Shown: piece after piece, positions 51,464 to 62,000 of the stretch
Layout: each line of letters begins with the position of its first letter
How positions within the stretch are numbered: position 1 is the first letter of the stretch
Virus record (IMG/VR): IMGVR_UViG_3300032304_002285
Coordinates: 32,001-96,000 of that record
DNA from: a virus
DNA length: 64,000 nt
Strand: one strand, 5' to 3'
Position numbers and translations under genes: made by a program
The notes under the pieces: model-generated
The model's database searches: none
Seen by the model: the letters and a program-made list of their open reading frames with translations, nothing else
What the model was told of the DNA's origin: nothing

Positions 51464-51952
51464 ATGGCTGTGGATATATCTCCGGTTACGGGACAATTGT
51501 TTTACTCGGGCTCTTGGGCTGAGATAAAAGAGATCCTTCGTACTCTGAATATTGGGGATGGGAAATTGGCTCAAGTTACACAAGAAATGACGAATAATTA
51601 TCAGGAGATGGTAGACAGAGAGATAGATGCTCTTCTTGAACCATTGTACCATGTTCCTTTAAGGGCAATGAATCAGGTACAGCCTGACGGTGTAACTAGG
51701 AAAGTTTTCCCTGGTGATATTCGGCGTTTAGCTAAATATTGGGTTTCGGGTTACATGCTTTTGAGTCAGTTTCAGAATCTTTCTCAGAATGTAACGGATC
51801 AGGCTCAAAATTATATTGAGGATGCAAAGAAGGCGATGTATTCGATTAGTAGATGGAATCATAGGATTCCGGGTCAAGAGAGGAAGAGTAGTTTGTCTAG
51901 GACTATGCCACCTAATATGCAACCTTCATCAATTCCTGAGCCTAATTTTTAA
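51464..51952 (+). CDS. putative head-tail connector (adaptor)
   Basis: EIDALLEPLYHVPL...IRRLAKYWVS...YIEDAKKAM, a helical adaptor pattern. Confidence 0.6.
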   Translation: MAVDISPVTGQLFYSGSWAEIKEILRTLNIGDGKLAQVTQEMTNNYQEMVDREIDALLEPLYHVPLRAMNQVQPDGVTRKVFPGDIRRLAKYWVSGYMLLSQFQNLSQNVTDQAQNYIEDAKKAMYSISRWNHRIPGQERKSSLSRTMPPNMQPSSIPEPNF

Positions 51953-51955
51953 TCT

Positions 51956-52270
51956 ATGAAAAGAATAGCCAAAGAACTGGGTGAGGTAAGCAACTCTCTG
52001 ATGGGATTGCTCGATTTTACTTTTGATGGGATTGAGCAAGGGGATTATGATTTTATAAATAGGATTTGTGGGGAGATAGATGATTTTGCGGATAGGATTA
52101 GAAGGAATGAGGGATTGGATATGTCAGTTGAGAAAGTGTGTGGCGGGGATTCTACTTCTGTAAAGATTCGCATGACAGATCATGAGGCATTGAAAGCGAT
52201 AAAAGAAGAGTTGGCGAGGAAGCTGACAAAGATGAGTAAGAAAAAGAATCTTAATTTACGGGTTGGTTGA
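51956..52270 (+). CDS. hypothetical protein with motif-like N-terminus
   Basis: MKRIAKELGEVSNSLMG. Confidence 0.65.
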   Translation: MKRIAKELGEVSNSLMGLLDFTFDGIEQGDYDFINRICGEIDDFADRIRRNEGLDMSVEKVCGGDSTSVKIRMTDHEALKAIKEELARKLTKMSKKKNLNLRVG

Positions 52271-52833
52271 TGTATACAAACCCCCACAATTTAGTTTTAA
52301 CTCTGGTTGCATTGCTTGAAAGGAGTTCAGAGCAAATAAATCAAACTATTGGTATTTATTTGCCAAGCAAAACTCTTTCTGTTTTTGAGGGACAGAGGGC
52401 TCTTTTACCTGCTGATGCTTATCCGTCTTTAGAGATTGAGCCGACGAATGGGGCGAATAATTGGGCAACTACAAGATCACAAAGACCCAGATACAGTTTC
52501 AATTGTACTCTTACTACTTTATGTGACAATGAGAAATATGCTGTTGAATATATAACAACCGTTGCCACAACGATTGTTTCTATTATGACTGATCCTCAGA
52601 ATTTACAGCTTCCTGTTATTGGTGAAACGGTTTGGTCTCCTACTGGTGGTTTATATCCGACAAAGATTTTGGATAGTTTGGTTGAGGATGTCACTTACAA
52701 TGCTGAGAAAGAGGGTTCGATTAGGCGTTGTGAGTTTACTTGGTATGCTTTGATTCACGAGCCATTTCCCGATGTAAAGTTTCGCCAAGGGGAGTCTTCT
52801 TCCCCTACGGTTTTGAGACCTCCTGTGATTTGA
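52267..52833 (+). CDS. putative tail terminator/completion protein
   Basis: size, position, DAYPSLEIEP and alternating beta strands. Confidence 0.5.
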   Translation: MMYTNPHNLVLTLVALLERSSEQINQTIGIYLPSKTLSVFEGQRALLPADAYPSLEIEPTNGANNWATTRSQRPRYSFNCTLTTLCDNEKYAVEYITTVATTIVSIMTDPQNLQLPVIGETVWSPTGGLYPTKILDSLVEDVTYNAEKEGSIRRCEFTWYALIHEPFPDVKFRQGESSSPTVLRPPVI

Positions 52834-52879
52834 TAACTTTTTTTTTATAAGTTTAACCTTTTAATAAAAGGGTATCTCG

Positions 52880-53167
52880 GTGAATAAGGATAAAATCAAG
52901 GATTTAGATAAGGTTCTGGATGAAGAGATTCTACCAGATGCTTTTAATTTTTTAGTTAAGGTTGGTGAGATTCCTTATAAGGCTAATCGTCGCGCCATGG
53001 TGGAGTTAGACTTAAAGAGGAATGTGAGTAAGGGGCTAAAGAAGGCTGAGGATACGGTTAAGGGAATAGATGGTTGGGTTGGCGAACTGGAGCTTTTTAG
53101 AGATGCCACAGAACGAGTTGCCAAAGAAGCGGTTGCCGTTTTTCGTTCACCTGAAAACGGTGGCTGA
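52880..53167 (+). CDS. hypothetical protein
   Basis: GTG start. Confidence 0.6.
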   Translation: MNKDKIKDLDKVLDEEILPDAFNFLVKVGEIPYKANRRAMVELDLKRNVSKGLKKAEDTVKGIDGWVGELELFRDATERVAKEAVAVFRSPENGG

Positions 53168-53168
53168 T

Positions 53169-53408
53169 ATGTCTGCTGTGGCGAAAGCCTTAGCAGAAAT
53201 CAAAGTGGAGATTAAGGCAATCGAACAAGCCAGGGCTTCTTTGCATAGTGAGGACCCTCAGATTCAAAGGGTTGCTGTGAGGGATTTGGCATTAAGTGGT
53301 ATGGCTGCTTCTAAGAAAGCAGAGGAAATTATAGATCAGATTTTGGGGATCAAGAAGAAGGTTCAGAAGTACTTGAAGCAGGTCAGGGAAGTAGATGTCA
53401 TTAGTTGA
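53169..53408 (+). CDS. coiled-coil hypothetical protein
   Basis: ATG 53169 right after the upstream stop. Confidence 0.6.
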   Translation: MSAVAKALAEIKVEIKAIEQARASLHSEDPQIQRVAVRDLALSGMAASKKAEEIIDQILGIKKKVQKYLKQVREVDVIS

Positions 53409-54192
53409 TACAACAACTTTATTGAAGGTGGCTGATAGAGCCGCAATGCAGTACAAGCATTTGTACGATGCATTTGCTCAATTAGTTGTTCAAGGGAATG
53501 GCTATTACTCAGAGATAGTAACTGAGACAGATAATCAGGAATTGGAGATCACAACTCAGGGTCCGTATTATTTTGTTGATAATAATTTGAACATTGATTT
53601 TAATATAAAGAATGGAACGTGTTTGGCATCTGTTGTGGGAGCAATGGAAGTGCATTTCAATGTAAGAGATATAGGTGGGAATCCTTTGCAGATTGGTGGT
53701 TGGGATGGATATCTCAACAGTCATAATAGCAGAGTTAGTTGGTATTTTAATAGATTATTTCATGCAGTTAAGGGTTTGTGGATGTTGGCGGTAAATGTTT
53801 TTTCGGAGACGGATGATGTTTTTGGAACTGTTGCTATTGGTGCTGGTCCTGTTGTGAATTTTGTTGATGGAGTCAATTACGGGAATGGTGCTGTGACGAA
53901 TCCGGCTAATGGTAATTATTTTGCAGCTACACAGTTGAAGGTTGTTGTTGGGTCTATGGGAAGTACGGGTGTTGATTTAAGATTAAGCGTTAAAGATTTA
54001 AATGATAATCCTGCTTTAATTGACGTTGTGATTCCCGGAGGTTCGGCTCCTGGGACAGAGATTCTTGTTGGAACAAGTTCTAATCGTTATTTGGATGTTA
54101 TGACAGTTGGGTTTGTTCCATCGGGATCAACAGGGACGGTTGGTGATCAATTTACCATCCACAACAAAAAAGAGCGTCAAATTTCCCTGTAA
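53395..54192 (+). CDS. putative virion structural protein
   Basis: G/V/T/N-rich C-terminal beta domain, directly upstream of the tube-like gene. Confidence 0.55.
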   Translation: MSLVDTTTLLKVADRAAMQYKHLYDAFAQLVVQGNGYYSEIVTETDNQELEITTQGPYYFVDNNLNIDFNIKNGTCLASVVGAMEVHFNVRDIGGNPLQIGGWDGYLNSHNSRVSWYFNRLFHAVKGLWMLAVNVFSETDDVFGTVAIGAGPVVNFVDGVNYGNGAVTNPANGNYFAATQLKVVVGSMGSTGVDLRLSVKDLNDNPALIDVVIPGGSAPGTEILVGTSSNRYLDVMTVGFVPSGSTGTVGDQFTIHNKKERQISL

Positions 54193-54250
54193 CGTCAAGT
54201 GTGTTTGTTAATAGGAGCATATTGCTTCACAAGAGAAGGAGTAAGTTATC

Positions 54251-55345
54251 ATGGGAATGGGTTATCAAGGGTTTGTAAAGTTCTACAAGACAGGTCCAGC
54301 CACCAGCCCGGTTATTTTGCTGGCTACTGGTGCAAGCGTAAATCTTGCATTGGAGCCAATCACAAGCTCGGCTGTTTGGGGTGCTGGTTGGTACAATGCT
54401 GGCGTTGCTCACTATGCGGATTCTGCAATTCGCTATGAGGGTAATGTTGACTTCGAGATGCAAGGGAACAATGACGTTTGGGATTTCTTGGAAGGCTGGA
54501 TTTCTAGCCAACGTGCGTATGCTCGTTCATTAGACATTTCGCCTGATGGTGCTCGTGTTTATCAGTACCGTACTTCTGGTGCTTATAATGCTGCTCTTGA
54601 TACCTATGGTGCTTGGAATACTTCGGCTGGATTCAATACTTCTGAAGGTAGTTTCCTTTCTTGTTCGGCTGGTGTTGTTGCCTTTAGACGTGCAGAGGTA
54701 GATCCTGCTGGCGGGTCTGGTTTCTCGAATTACAGCTACATCAAGCAGAAGCAGGGTGTTATCGGACAGTCTTGCTCTTTGATGGCTACAACTAATCCGT
54801 TGAATCCGGATGTTGACAACGTGAATCCGATTCCGTTTTGGAGGACAAAGGCTGTTCTTAGTAAGGGAACCTATGCTAATCCTTTTGACTTGACTCAACC
54901 TGCTGATACAGGTCTTGAGACAGTTGAATGGAGTGTGGATGTTTCGCAGAACAATGTGATTCTCTATACTTGCAATGGCCAACGTCTTCCTACAGCCTTC
55001 TTGCAAGGTCCTCAGGATGCCAGTGGTTCTGTTATTCTTTATAACCCGAATGGTGTTTTTGACCCCATTATCGGGCCTGCTGGAACTGGTACTCTGACAA
55101 CTCCTTATCTCTATGCAGAAGTTACTTGGTTCACCGTTGAGATTACCAAGAATGCTGCTGGTGATAAACTCTTCCTTGAGCTTCCTGCTGTTTTGGTTGA
55201 GTCTGACGATTACAGCATTCCGGGTCCTGACAGTGTTGTGAATCGTACCTTCTCGTTGAAGGGTTTGGCTGGACGTTGCAATAGCACTGTTACAATGCCT
55301 CCTTTCATTATGTCGAGTTCTGCTGGAGCTTTCGTTGCTCCGTAA
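54251..55345 (+). CDS. tail-tube-like protein, paralog 1 (probable major tail protein)
   Basis: GYQG..LLATGAS, YEGNVDFEM, VEWSVDVSQN; strong RBS; codon usage like highly expressed genes. Confidence 0.6.
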   Translation: MGMGYQGFVKFYKTGPATSPVILLATGASVNLALEPITSSAVWGAGWYNAGVAHYADSAIRYEGNVDFEMQGNNDVWDFLEGWISSQRAYARSLDISPDGARVYQYRTSGAYNAALDTYGAWNTSAGFNTSEGSFLSCSAGVVAFRRAEVDPAGGSGFSNYSYIKQKQGVIGQSCSLMATTNPLNPDVDNVNPIPFWRTKAVLSKGTYANPFDLTQPADTGLETVEWSVDVSQNNVILYTCNGQRLPTAFLQGPQDASGSVILYNPNGVFDPIIGPAGTGTLTTPYLYAEVTWFTVEITKNAAGDKLFLELPAVLVESDDYSIPGPDSVVNRTFSLKGLAGRCNSTVTMPPFIMSSSAGAFVAP

Positions 55346-55357
55346 GGGGTTGATCTA

Positions 55358-56254
55358 GTGGCACTTGGTTACGAGGGATGGGCTAAGTTAGATATAAATG
55401 GGACTGAAGACTTGGTACTTTGTACTGGGGCTTCAGTCCCAATTTCTCGTTTACGCCTTGAATCAAATTCCGGGTATGGCGGAAGGTTAAAGACTCCTGT
55501 TAATGAAATAGCGATTGGGATGCCTCATACTTATGATTGGGATGAGTATGATGGTTCTTTGAGTTTTGAGGTTCATCCAGCCATTATAACTAATCAATTG
55601 AAGCCTTGGGTCTTTGATAGGCAGAAAGCTGGGACTATTAAGATTAGTTCTAGGAAGGGAAATGAAAATTTTCATACATCTTGTTTTTGGAGCAGTATTT
55701 CTTTAAATACTTCTTCGGGATCTAATGTTGAAGGTTCAATTGGTTTTGTTGCAATTGATAGTGGGACTTACGCCGTAGGAGGAGATTATATTGGGAATAA
55801 ACAGGGTAGTAATTTTTTAAGTGATCCTGGTTCTTTGGGGATTCCTAATCCATTGCAAGTTGACAACCAATTTCCTTTTACAAACACCGGATTGATTCCT
55901 TATTGGCAAACAAGAGTCAAGATGGATTCTGTTTATGTTGATTTCATTTCTTGGAATTTGGATTTCACACAAGATGTTGTGAAGTTCTTTGCATGTGAGA
56001 AGAATGCAAGTCCCGTAGAGCCGAAGTTTTTGGCAGTTGGTCCGATGAGTCTCGTTTTTTCTGGGGAATATATGTTTGTTGGTACTTCTCCTTGGGCTGT
56101 TCCAGATTTTTTGAATAATTTATCTGTAGATATAGGTCCTGAGGTAATTAAGATGAAAAGGGGAGAGAAAAACTCCTATAGAGATGACGTGGTTTCGGGT
56201 GAGTCTCTTGTTCCTATTTCGGTTGAGTATTCGGTTTATGAGTTAGAGTCTTAA
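55358..56254 (+). CDS. tail-tube-like protein, paralog 2
   Basis: GYEG..VLCTGAS, YDGSLSFEV, ISWNLDFTQD. Confidence 0.55.
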   Translation: MALGYEGWAKLDINGTEDLVLCTGASVPISRLRLESNSGYGGRLKTPVNEIAIGMPHTYDWDEYDGSLSFEVHPAIITNQLKPWVFDRQKAGTIKISSRKGNENFHTSCFWSSISLNTSSGSNVEGSIGFVAIDSGTYAVGGDYIGNKQGSNFLSDPGSLGIPNPLQVDNQFPFTNTGLIPYWQTRVKMDSVYVDFISWNLDFTQDVVKFFACEKNASPVEPKFLAVGPMSLVFSGEYMFVGTSPWAVPDFLNNLSVDIGPEVIKMKRGEKNSYRDDVVSGESLVPISVEYSVYELES

Positions 56255-56368
56255 GGTTGGTCCAGGTTGAAAGACCTGAAATTATGATAAAACATATGAT
56301 ATTTAGTATTACACAGAAATGGCGGTATTTTATCGCTGCATTTCTGTGTTTTTTTTTGGAGTAAACCA

Positions 56369-56854
56369 ATGCCAGTAATCGAACCAAAGCAAGAGAAGAG
56401 CAAAGAGTTGGCTTCACAGGATCGTCTTGATGAGAAGCTGATGAAGGCTGGTAAGTATGAAATTACTCAGGAGGATGTTTTTACCATTGAGATATGGTTA
56501 AAGAGAGTTGAAAAGAGATGGATTCTTTGTAATGCAAACGAAAAGAATTCAACAAAAGAGGAAGTTGCTTTTAGAATGTGGACTTATGATGAGATGATTA
56601 ATCTTCGGAAGATGGCAACTTCTTATGATCCGATCAAGAGGCTTCATATGGTTGATCATGACGCATTGAATCGTTTGAAGATTCAGAAGTTTTTATTGAC
56701 TTGGACTTTTGATAGAGACAATCCGAGACTTAGAATTCATCATTCTGGTGGAGTGATGACGGATGAGAGTTGGGGTGCTTTTACAAAGCTTCATCCAAAT
56801 ATTTGTACTTTTATAATTGAACGGATGAATATGGTTTTTGAATATAACGGGTAA
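56369..56854 (+). CDS. tail assembly chaperone-like protein 1
   Basis: FRMWTYDEM...KFLLTWTF; position before the tape measure. Confidence 0.5.
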   Translation: MPVIEPKQEKSKELASQDRLDEKLMKAGKYEITQEDVFTIEIWLKRVEKRWILCNANEKNSTKEEVAFRMWTYDEMINLRKMATSYDPIKRLHMVDHDALNRLKIQKFLLTWTFDRDNPRLRIHHSGGVMTDESWGAFTKLHPNICTFIIERMNMVFEYNG

Positions 56855-56857
56855 ACA

Positions 56858-57580
56858 ATGTCTCTTAGTCCAGAAGAAATTGCCAAGAGGGAGTTCGAGC
56901 TTTTAACCTCGCCAGATACGGTGAGGGTAAAGGTTTTTGTTCGGCGTTTTGGTTCTTTTGTTTTGCCTGATGAGAATGGCAAGGAAGAGGTTGAGGCAAT
57001 TTTCCGGATGATGACGTTTGGGGATAACTTGATAATAGAAAAGGCTTGTACTTACAGAATAGACAATAAGGAAACGAGAGAGAAGAGAGATGAAGTTGAT
57101 ATTAATGAAATACGTAGGCTTATTGTGAAGAGGAATCTTCTTTCTTGGTCTTTGCCTATTCCTGTTGTTAGGGAAAATGATTGGATCACAAAGGAGAGTT
57201 ATGCAAGAGTGAGTAGTGTTCCTGCTCCTTTACTTGATGCTTTGTTGGATAGGTATGAAGAGAGAATTAAGATTACTCATGATGATGAGGAAATAATCAA
57301 TCGTCAATGTTCTGTTTTGTTTTCTAAGAATAGCAGAGGTGTTGCTGATTCATGTGAGGCTGTGAGTTTGTATTGTACCTTGGGGAATTATTGGGACAAG
57401 TTTGGGCTTGATAGGTTTAGTATTTTGAGCTTGCCTTATAGAGAGTATTTGATGTTAAAGATCATGCTTGGGAAAGAAGGGGAGTCTCATAAGGCTGCTG
57501 CTGCTCAGCGGAATCACTCTCCATCAAAGGTTGCGATGGGTGGTGGGAAAGTAAGAGCAAGTCGGGCAACTGCTGGATAA
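56858..57580 (+). CDS. tail assembly chaperone-like protein 2 with C-terminal extension
   Basis: FRMMTFGDN...RNLLSWSL; LPYREYLML. Confidence 0.5.
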   Translation: MSLSPEEIAKREFELLTSPDTVRVKVFVRRFGSFVLPDENGKEEVEAIFRMMTFGDNLIIEKACTYRIDNKETREKRDEVDINEIRRLIVKRNLLSWSLPIPVVRENDWITKESYARVSSVPAPLLDALLDRYEERIKITHDDEEIINRQCSVLFSKNSRGVADSCEAVSLYCTLGNYWDKFGLDRFSILSLPYREYLMLKIMLGKEGESHKAAAAQRNHSPSKVAMGGGKVRASRATAG

Positions 57581-57585
57581 ATTTT

Positions 57586-58404
57586 ATGACAAACGTAGCT
57601 AAAAATTTAGGGTATGCTGGATCTGGAGTTGTTGACGGGGTTCAGGTATTGATTACTGGTGGCGGCTTCGATAAGGCTGTTACTCCTTCTTATTTGAATC
57701 CTCTTGATATTTCTCCAACTGCGGTTTCTCGTTCTCGGGTTTTACATGCAGATGGTGTAGAGGCTTATTCTGGTTCTTTGTCTTTTGATGTTACTCAGAA
57801 TTTTCTAAATATTTTGACAACAAGCAAGCTTTTCAAAAGAAGATACAGTTTTGCGGTTGGATTTGATGATGGGGAGGCAAGTAAGGGATTAACAAATTGC
57901 TATGTGACTTCTCTTTCTATTAATGGTGCTGCTGGTGGTTTAATGTCAGCTTCTATTTCAGTCGTTTCTGCTTCAGCTTTGGCGACTATGGTAGTCGCAA
58001 ATAATTATATTGGTTTTCAGGGTTCTCAAGGGGTTAATGATAATATGCCAATGGGCTATTGGTATTCTGGTAATACAAATGTTAAAGAATGGTCTTTGTC
58101 AATGAATCAGGATGCTAGTCCTGTTTATGGGAATAAAAACGTCAAGACTCCTCAATATATAAAAATAGGGTTGGTTTCTTACACATTGACGGTGACAACA
58201 TATGAGCAGCTTTATCCTTATACCCCTGCTCCATCCGGGGGAACGGATGCTATTTATATTTCTACTTCTTCGTTTACATTAAAGGGTGCAATTACGTCTG
58301 AGAATAGTTCTTACAATGGGACGGGTGATTTAGGAGGGTACGTTCACACATTTGAATCAGCAGCAGACGCATCGACGGGTTCGGGCGATAGTATCATCAC
58401 ATGA
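57586..58404 (+). CDS. tail-tube-like protein, paralog 3
   Basis: GYAG..VLITGGG, YSGSLSFDV, KEWSLSMNQD. Confidence 0.55.
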   Translation: MTNVAKNLGYAGSGVVDGVQVLITGGGFDKAVTPSYLNPLDISPTAVSRSRVLHADGVEAYSGSLSFDVTQNFLNILTTSKLFKRRYSFAVGFDDGEASKGLTNCYVTSLSINGAAGGLMSASISVVSASALATMVVANNYIGFQGSQGVNDNMPMGYWYSGNTNVKEWSLSMNQDASPVYGNKNVKTPQYIKIGLVSYTLTVTTYEQLYPYTPAPSGGTDAIYISTSSFTLKGAITSENSSYNGTGDLGGYVHTFESAADASTGSGDSIIT

Positions 58405-58420
58405 AAAGGAGTAGGGGATT

Positions 58421-59035
58421 ATGTCGGAAGTAGATCAGGTTGTGAAGGTAGAGGGTGAGACTTCTGTTTCTCAGGTTCCGGTTGTTGAAACGGGGATTGA
58501 TGAGAAGAGAATTGGGAACAAAGAATCCGGGGTAAACTTGGATGCTCTTGCTTCTGATTCTGTCAAAGAGGTTCCTGAGGTATGTGCATTTCCATCCTTT
58601 TTTATTGACGAAAAAGATAGGCAACGCATTGAGTTGGATATTCTTTGTGACAAAAAAACAGGGAAGATCGAGAGTATTTCCCGTGCTAATATTGGGATTG
58701 ATTTCACACAATTCAAATATTTTAGTCATACAGTAGAGTGGTTTGAATTTTCGGTTCCTACTTATGAGGATATGGCTTCTTATCGGCAAAGGAGTTCGAT
58801 CTATAGGAGAGAAGCCGGGAAGATGTTGGTTGATGCAAATCAGCTTCGGAACTTCTTTATTGTTTGGCATTTGAAGGATTGGAGTCTTAGAGATTCCAGG
58901 GGGAATAAGGTTGAGTTGTCGTTTACGGATGAGGGTGCTTTGGACAACGCAACGATCAAGGTTGTTTATAAGACTCCTCCAACTTTGTTGGATGTTCTCA
59001 TGACAACCTTTGAGAAAGAGGTTGTTCTTACTTGA
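58421..59035 (+). CDS. tail assembly chaperone-like protein 3
   Basis: FSVPTYEDM...WHLKDWSL. Confidence 0.5.
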   Translation: MSEVDQVVKVEGETSVSQVPVVETGIDEKRIGNKESGVNLDALASDSVKEVPEVCAFPSFFIDEKDRQRIELDILCDKKTGKIESISRANIGIDFTQFKYFSHTVEWFEFSVPTYEDMASYRQRSSIYRREAGKMLVDANQLRNFFIVWHLKDWSLRDSRGNKVELSFTDEGALDNATIKVVYKTPPTLLDVLMTTFEKEVVLT

Positions 59036-59052
59036 TATAATGGAGACGTGTC

Positions 59053-62000
59053 ATGGCTGGAGTTGAAGACTTCAAAGATCTTTCGGATGCTGTTGTAGAT
59101 AGTGGCAACAGAATGCGTTCATCTTTGTCTGAAGCAGTTGGTGCTGCTCGGGAGATGGATCGTGTTCTTGAGGCTGTTTCTAAACAGCAAACAAGATCCT
59201 TGAGGGTTTCTTCCAGCTATGATTCGTCAATTAAAAGTACTGCTGTTCAGCTTAAGCAGATAAAGAAGGGTGCTGCTGGGGTTAGAGATACGATTCGTGC
59301 AGCAACAGCAGCGTTTACTTCTGCAAATAAGGCTTTGAAGGATTTTAATAAGTTAACGGAAGATTCTGTTGATGAATTAAAAGAGATTTCCAAGGTTGAT
59401 CTTTCGCTATCTGGTCTTGATTCTGCCTCAAAAAATATGTCTGCAATGGCAAAGGCGGCTTTGGAATTAAACAAGGCACAGAAGGGATCTGTAGCCATTT
59501 CAAGACAGTATGAATCGACAACCAGAGATCTTTCTGAAAATCTTTTGAAGATTGTTGGTTCTTTAAAGAGTGCTGCTACAAATATTCGTTCCTTCAATCG
59601 GGAATTAAAGTCGGGGAAAAAGCTTGGTGAGTCTTTTAGGGATTCATTGGGTAATATGAATTTTGAAGGAAAGATCAGTTTTTCAGTTGATGATTCTAGT
59701 TTGGCAAGTGTTCAGGACGTGATTAACAATTTACAAAAAGAACTTTCTGCTGATTTGAGTGTTGATCTTGGGGGTGGAAAGAAGAGTAAGGAAGAAGTTC
59801 TTACTGAAAAACATTATAAGCTTGATGAAGCGTATGCTAAGAGAAAACTATCCAAAGGAGAGAGTGAATCTATTGAGGTAAGCCAGAAGATATTGAGAGA
59901 GCAAATTCGTTCAAGGAAATCAGAAGGGATTTCTGCTACTGCTGCTGGCAAGTCTTTAGATGCAGCAAAAGTACCAAAATTAGAAGGTTCTGATTTTTCC
60001 AAGCCTAAAGGTTTGTCTCTTGATTATTCGATGTTTGATAAGGTTATTGCTCAATTAACCAAGAATAATCGTTTTACAAAAACAATGGGTAGGGACTCAT
60101 CTACAACCTCTAAAGACATTGGAGCAATGGCAGATGAGGCTTTAACCAAGGGTTCTCTTTATACACATGATGCTGTTTTGGAAAACCTGCTCAAGAAGCA
60201 AATTGACATTTTAAATAAGCAGGTTGATATAGAGAAATCTGGCCCTCAGAATTCCGCTTCGATTACTCGCCAGATAGACTTGTCGGCAGAGCTTGCCAAA
60301 TTCAAGAAGATGTTGTCTTCCTTGGATGATTTGGGGGCTGGGGTTCAGACAAAGGTTCGTCAAAGGATTCGTCGTAAGAAGAATTCAATGTCAGCCGAAG
60401 ATGCTTTTTCGGATGTGGTTCCTTCTTTAAAGGGTGAGTTGGATGAGGCTGGGAAAAAATCAAAGGGTGCGGCTACTGCTGATTTAGTTCCCAAGGAATG
60501 GGATAAAGAAATAAAGAAGATCAATAAGGGGATGCTTGTCTTAAAAAATACCATGAAGAATTCATCTTCGTGGTTTGAGATGGAGCATGCTAAGGAGAAG
60601 TTAGAAGAGCTTGCTGTAGAAGCTCAGAATCTTAGGTCTTTCAAGGAGATAGTAAAGGACTTTGATGAGGCTGAGCTTGCTGAATTAAGATTGGCGATTG
60701 CTACTGGGAAACTCAATGAGAAGATGGTAGAGATCATTGGCAATAAAGATGAATTTTCGGATGTGTTCAACAGTCAGGCGGAAGCGGCAAAGGCTGCTGC
60801 TGAATCGGATTCATCTTTAGAGAAAGAGATGAATAAGAAGTTTAGTGTTATGGGGAAATTGAATAAGAAGTTTGAGGAGGGAAAAGAGGAGGCAATTAAA
60901 TTTACTGGTGGATCTACGATGGCTGGTGGCGCAATGGCTGCTGGTGGTCTTGCTGCTTTATTTTTGGCAAAGGAATTGGGGGAGCTTGCTGAAAAATACA
61001 AAGAGGCGGCGATTGGTCTTTCTGAGTTTAACGTTGAAATGGATGCTCAATCTACAAAAGCTTTTGGTTCTGGTGCAACGGATACAGCATTTAAGAAAAT
61101 AAGGAGTGAGTTGCATTTAACCAAAAAAGAAGCTGGTGGGTTTTTCGATGTTTTGACTGAAGGATATCTTGGAGGAGTTGTTAGTGTTCAGAAGTTGGTT
61201 GCTGCTGGTAATCAGTTAAAGCATACATTTGGAGGAGATCAGACAAAAAGGCTGAAGGAGTATGTAGAATTACTTAAAGAAATTCCGACGATTGAAACAG
61301 ACTTGTCTATTTCTGCAAATTCGGATGACAAGACTGCTGCTTTGTTTGCTTTAGCACAAAAGGGAAAAATCAGCACTGTTATGGAATTACAAGCTGCTGG
61401 TTTGGCTGGTGGCGTAAAGACAATGGATCGAGCTTCAAAAGAAGATGTTAAGCTTTTAAATGCTGCTCATTCTACAGAGAAGGCGGTACAAGATATAAAA
61501 GACGCCATGTTGAATAAGTTTTTTCCGACATGGGGACCTCAATTTGCTGCCATTACAGAAAACACTGCTGAGATTTCAAAGTTGTTATTGAAGGTTGTCG
61601 TTCTTGCAGGAGCAATGAAGGCTTTTGGGGCTATGTCAAAGCTTGGAGGTATTTCTGGTATTGCAGGGAAGATGGGAATGGGTGCTGCTGCTGGTGGTGC
61701 TCCTGGGGCTGCTGGTCTTGCTGCTGGGGTTTCTGCTAAGGCGTTTGGAGCATTAAATGTAGCACTTGGTTCTTTTGCAACAACAGTGGCTTTGGCTGGT
61801 GTTGCTTTTGGGGTGGCTGGACATCTTGTTCAAAAATCTGCTGACAAATCGGAAGAAGCGGGGGATACAGTTGCAGCAGAACAGAAAAGATTTAGTGCTG
61901 GAATATTAAAAACAACTGCTACTATTGCAACTTTTGCTGTGATTGGGTCTTTAGTTCCTGTTATTGGAACGGTTGCAGGAGCCCTTGCTGGTTTGGCGGT

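Noticed and set aside
56369-57580. Programmed -1 frameshift between the chaperone genes
   Set aside because: No clear X XXY YYZ slippery heptamer near the end of 56369-56854, and the second gene has its own ATG and full chaperone-like domain.
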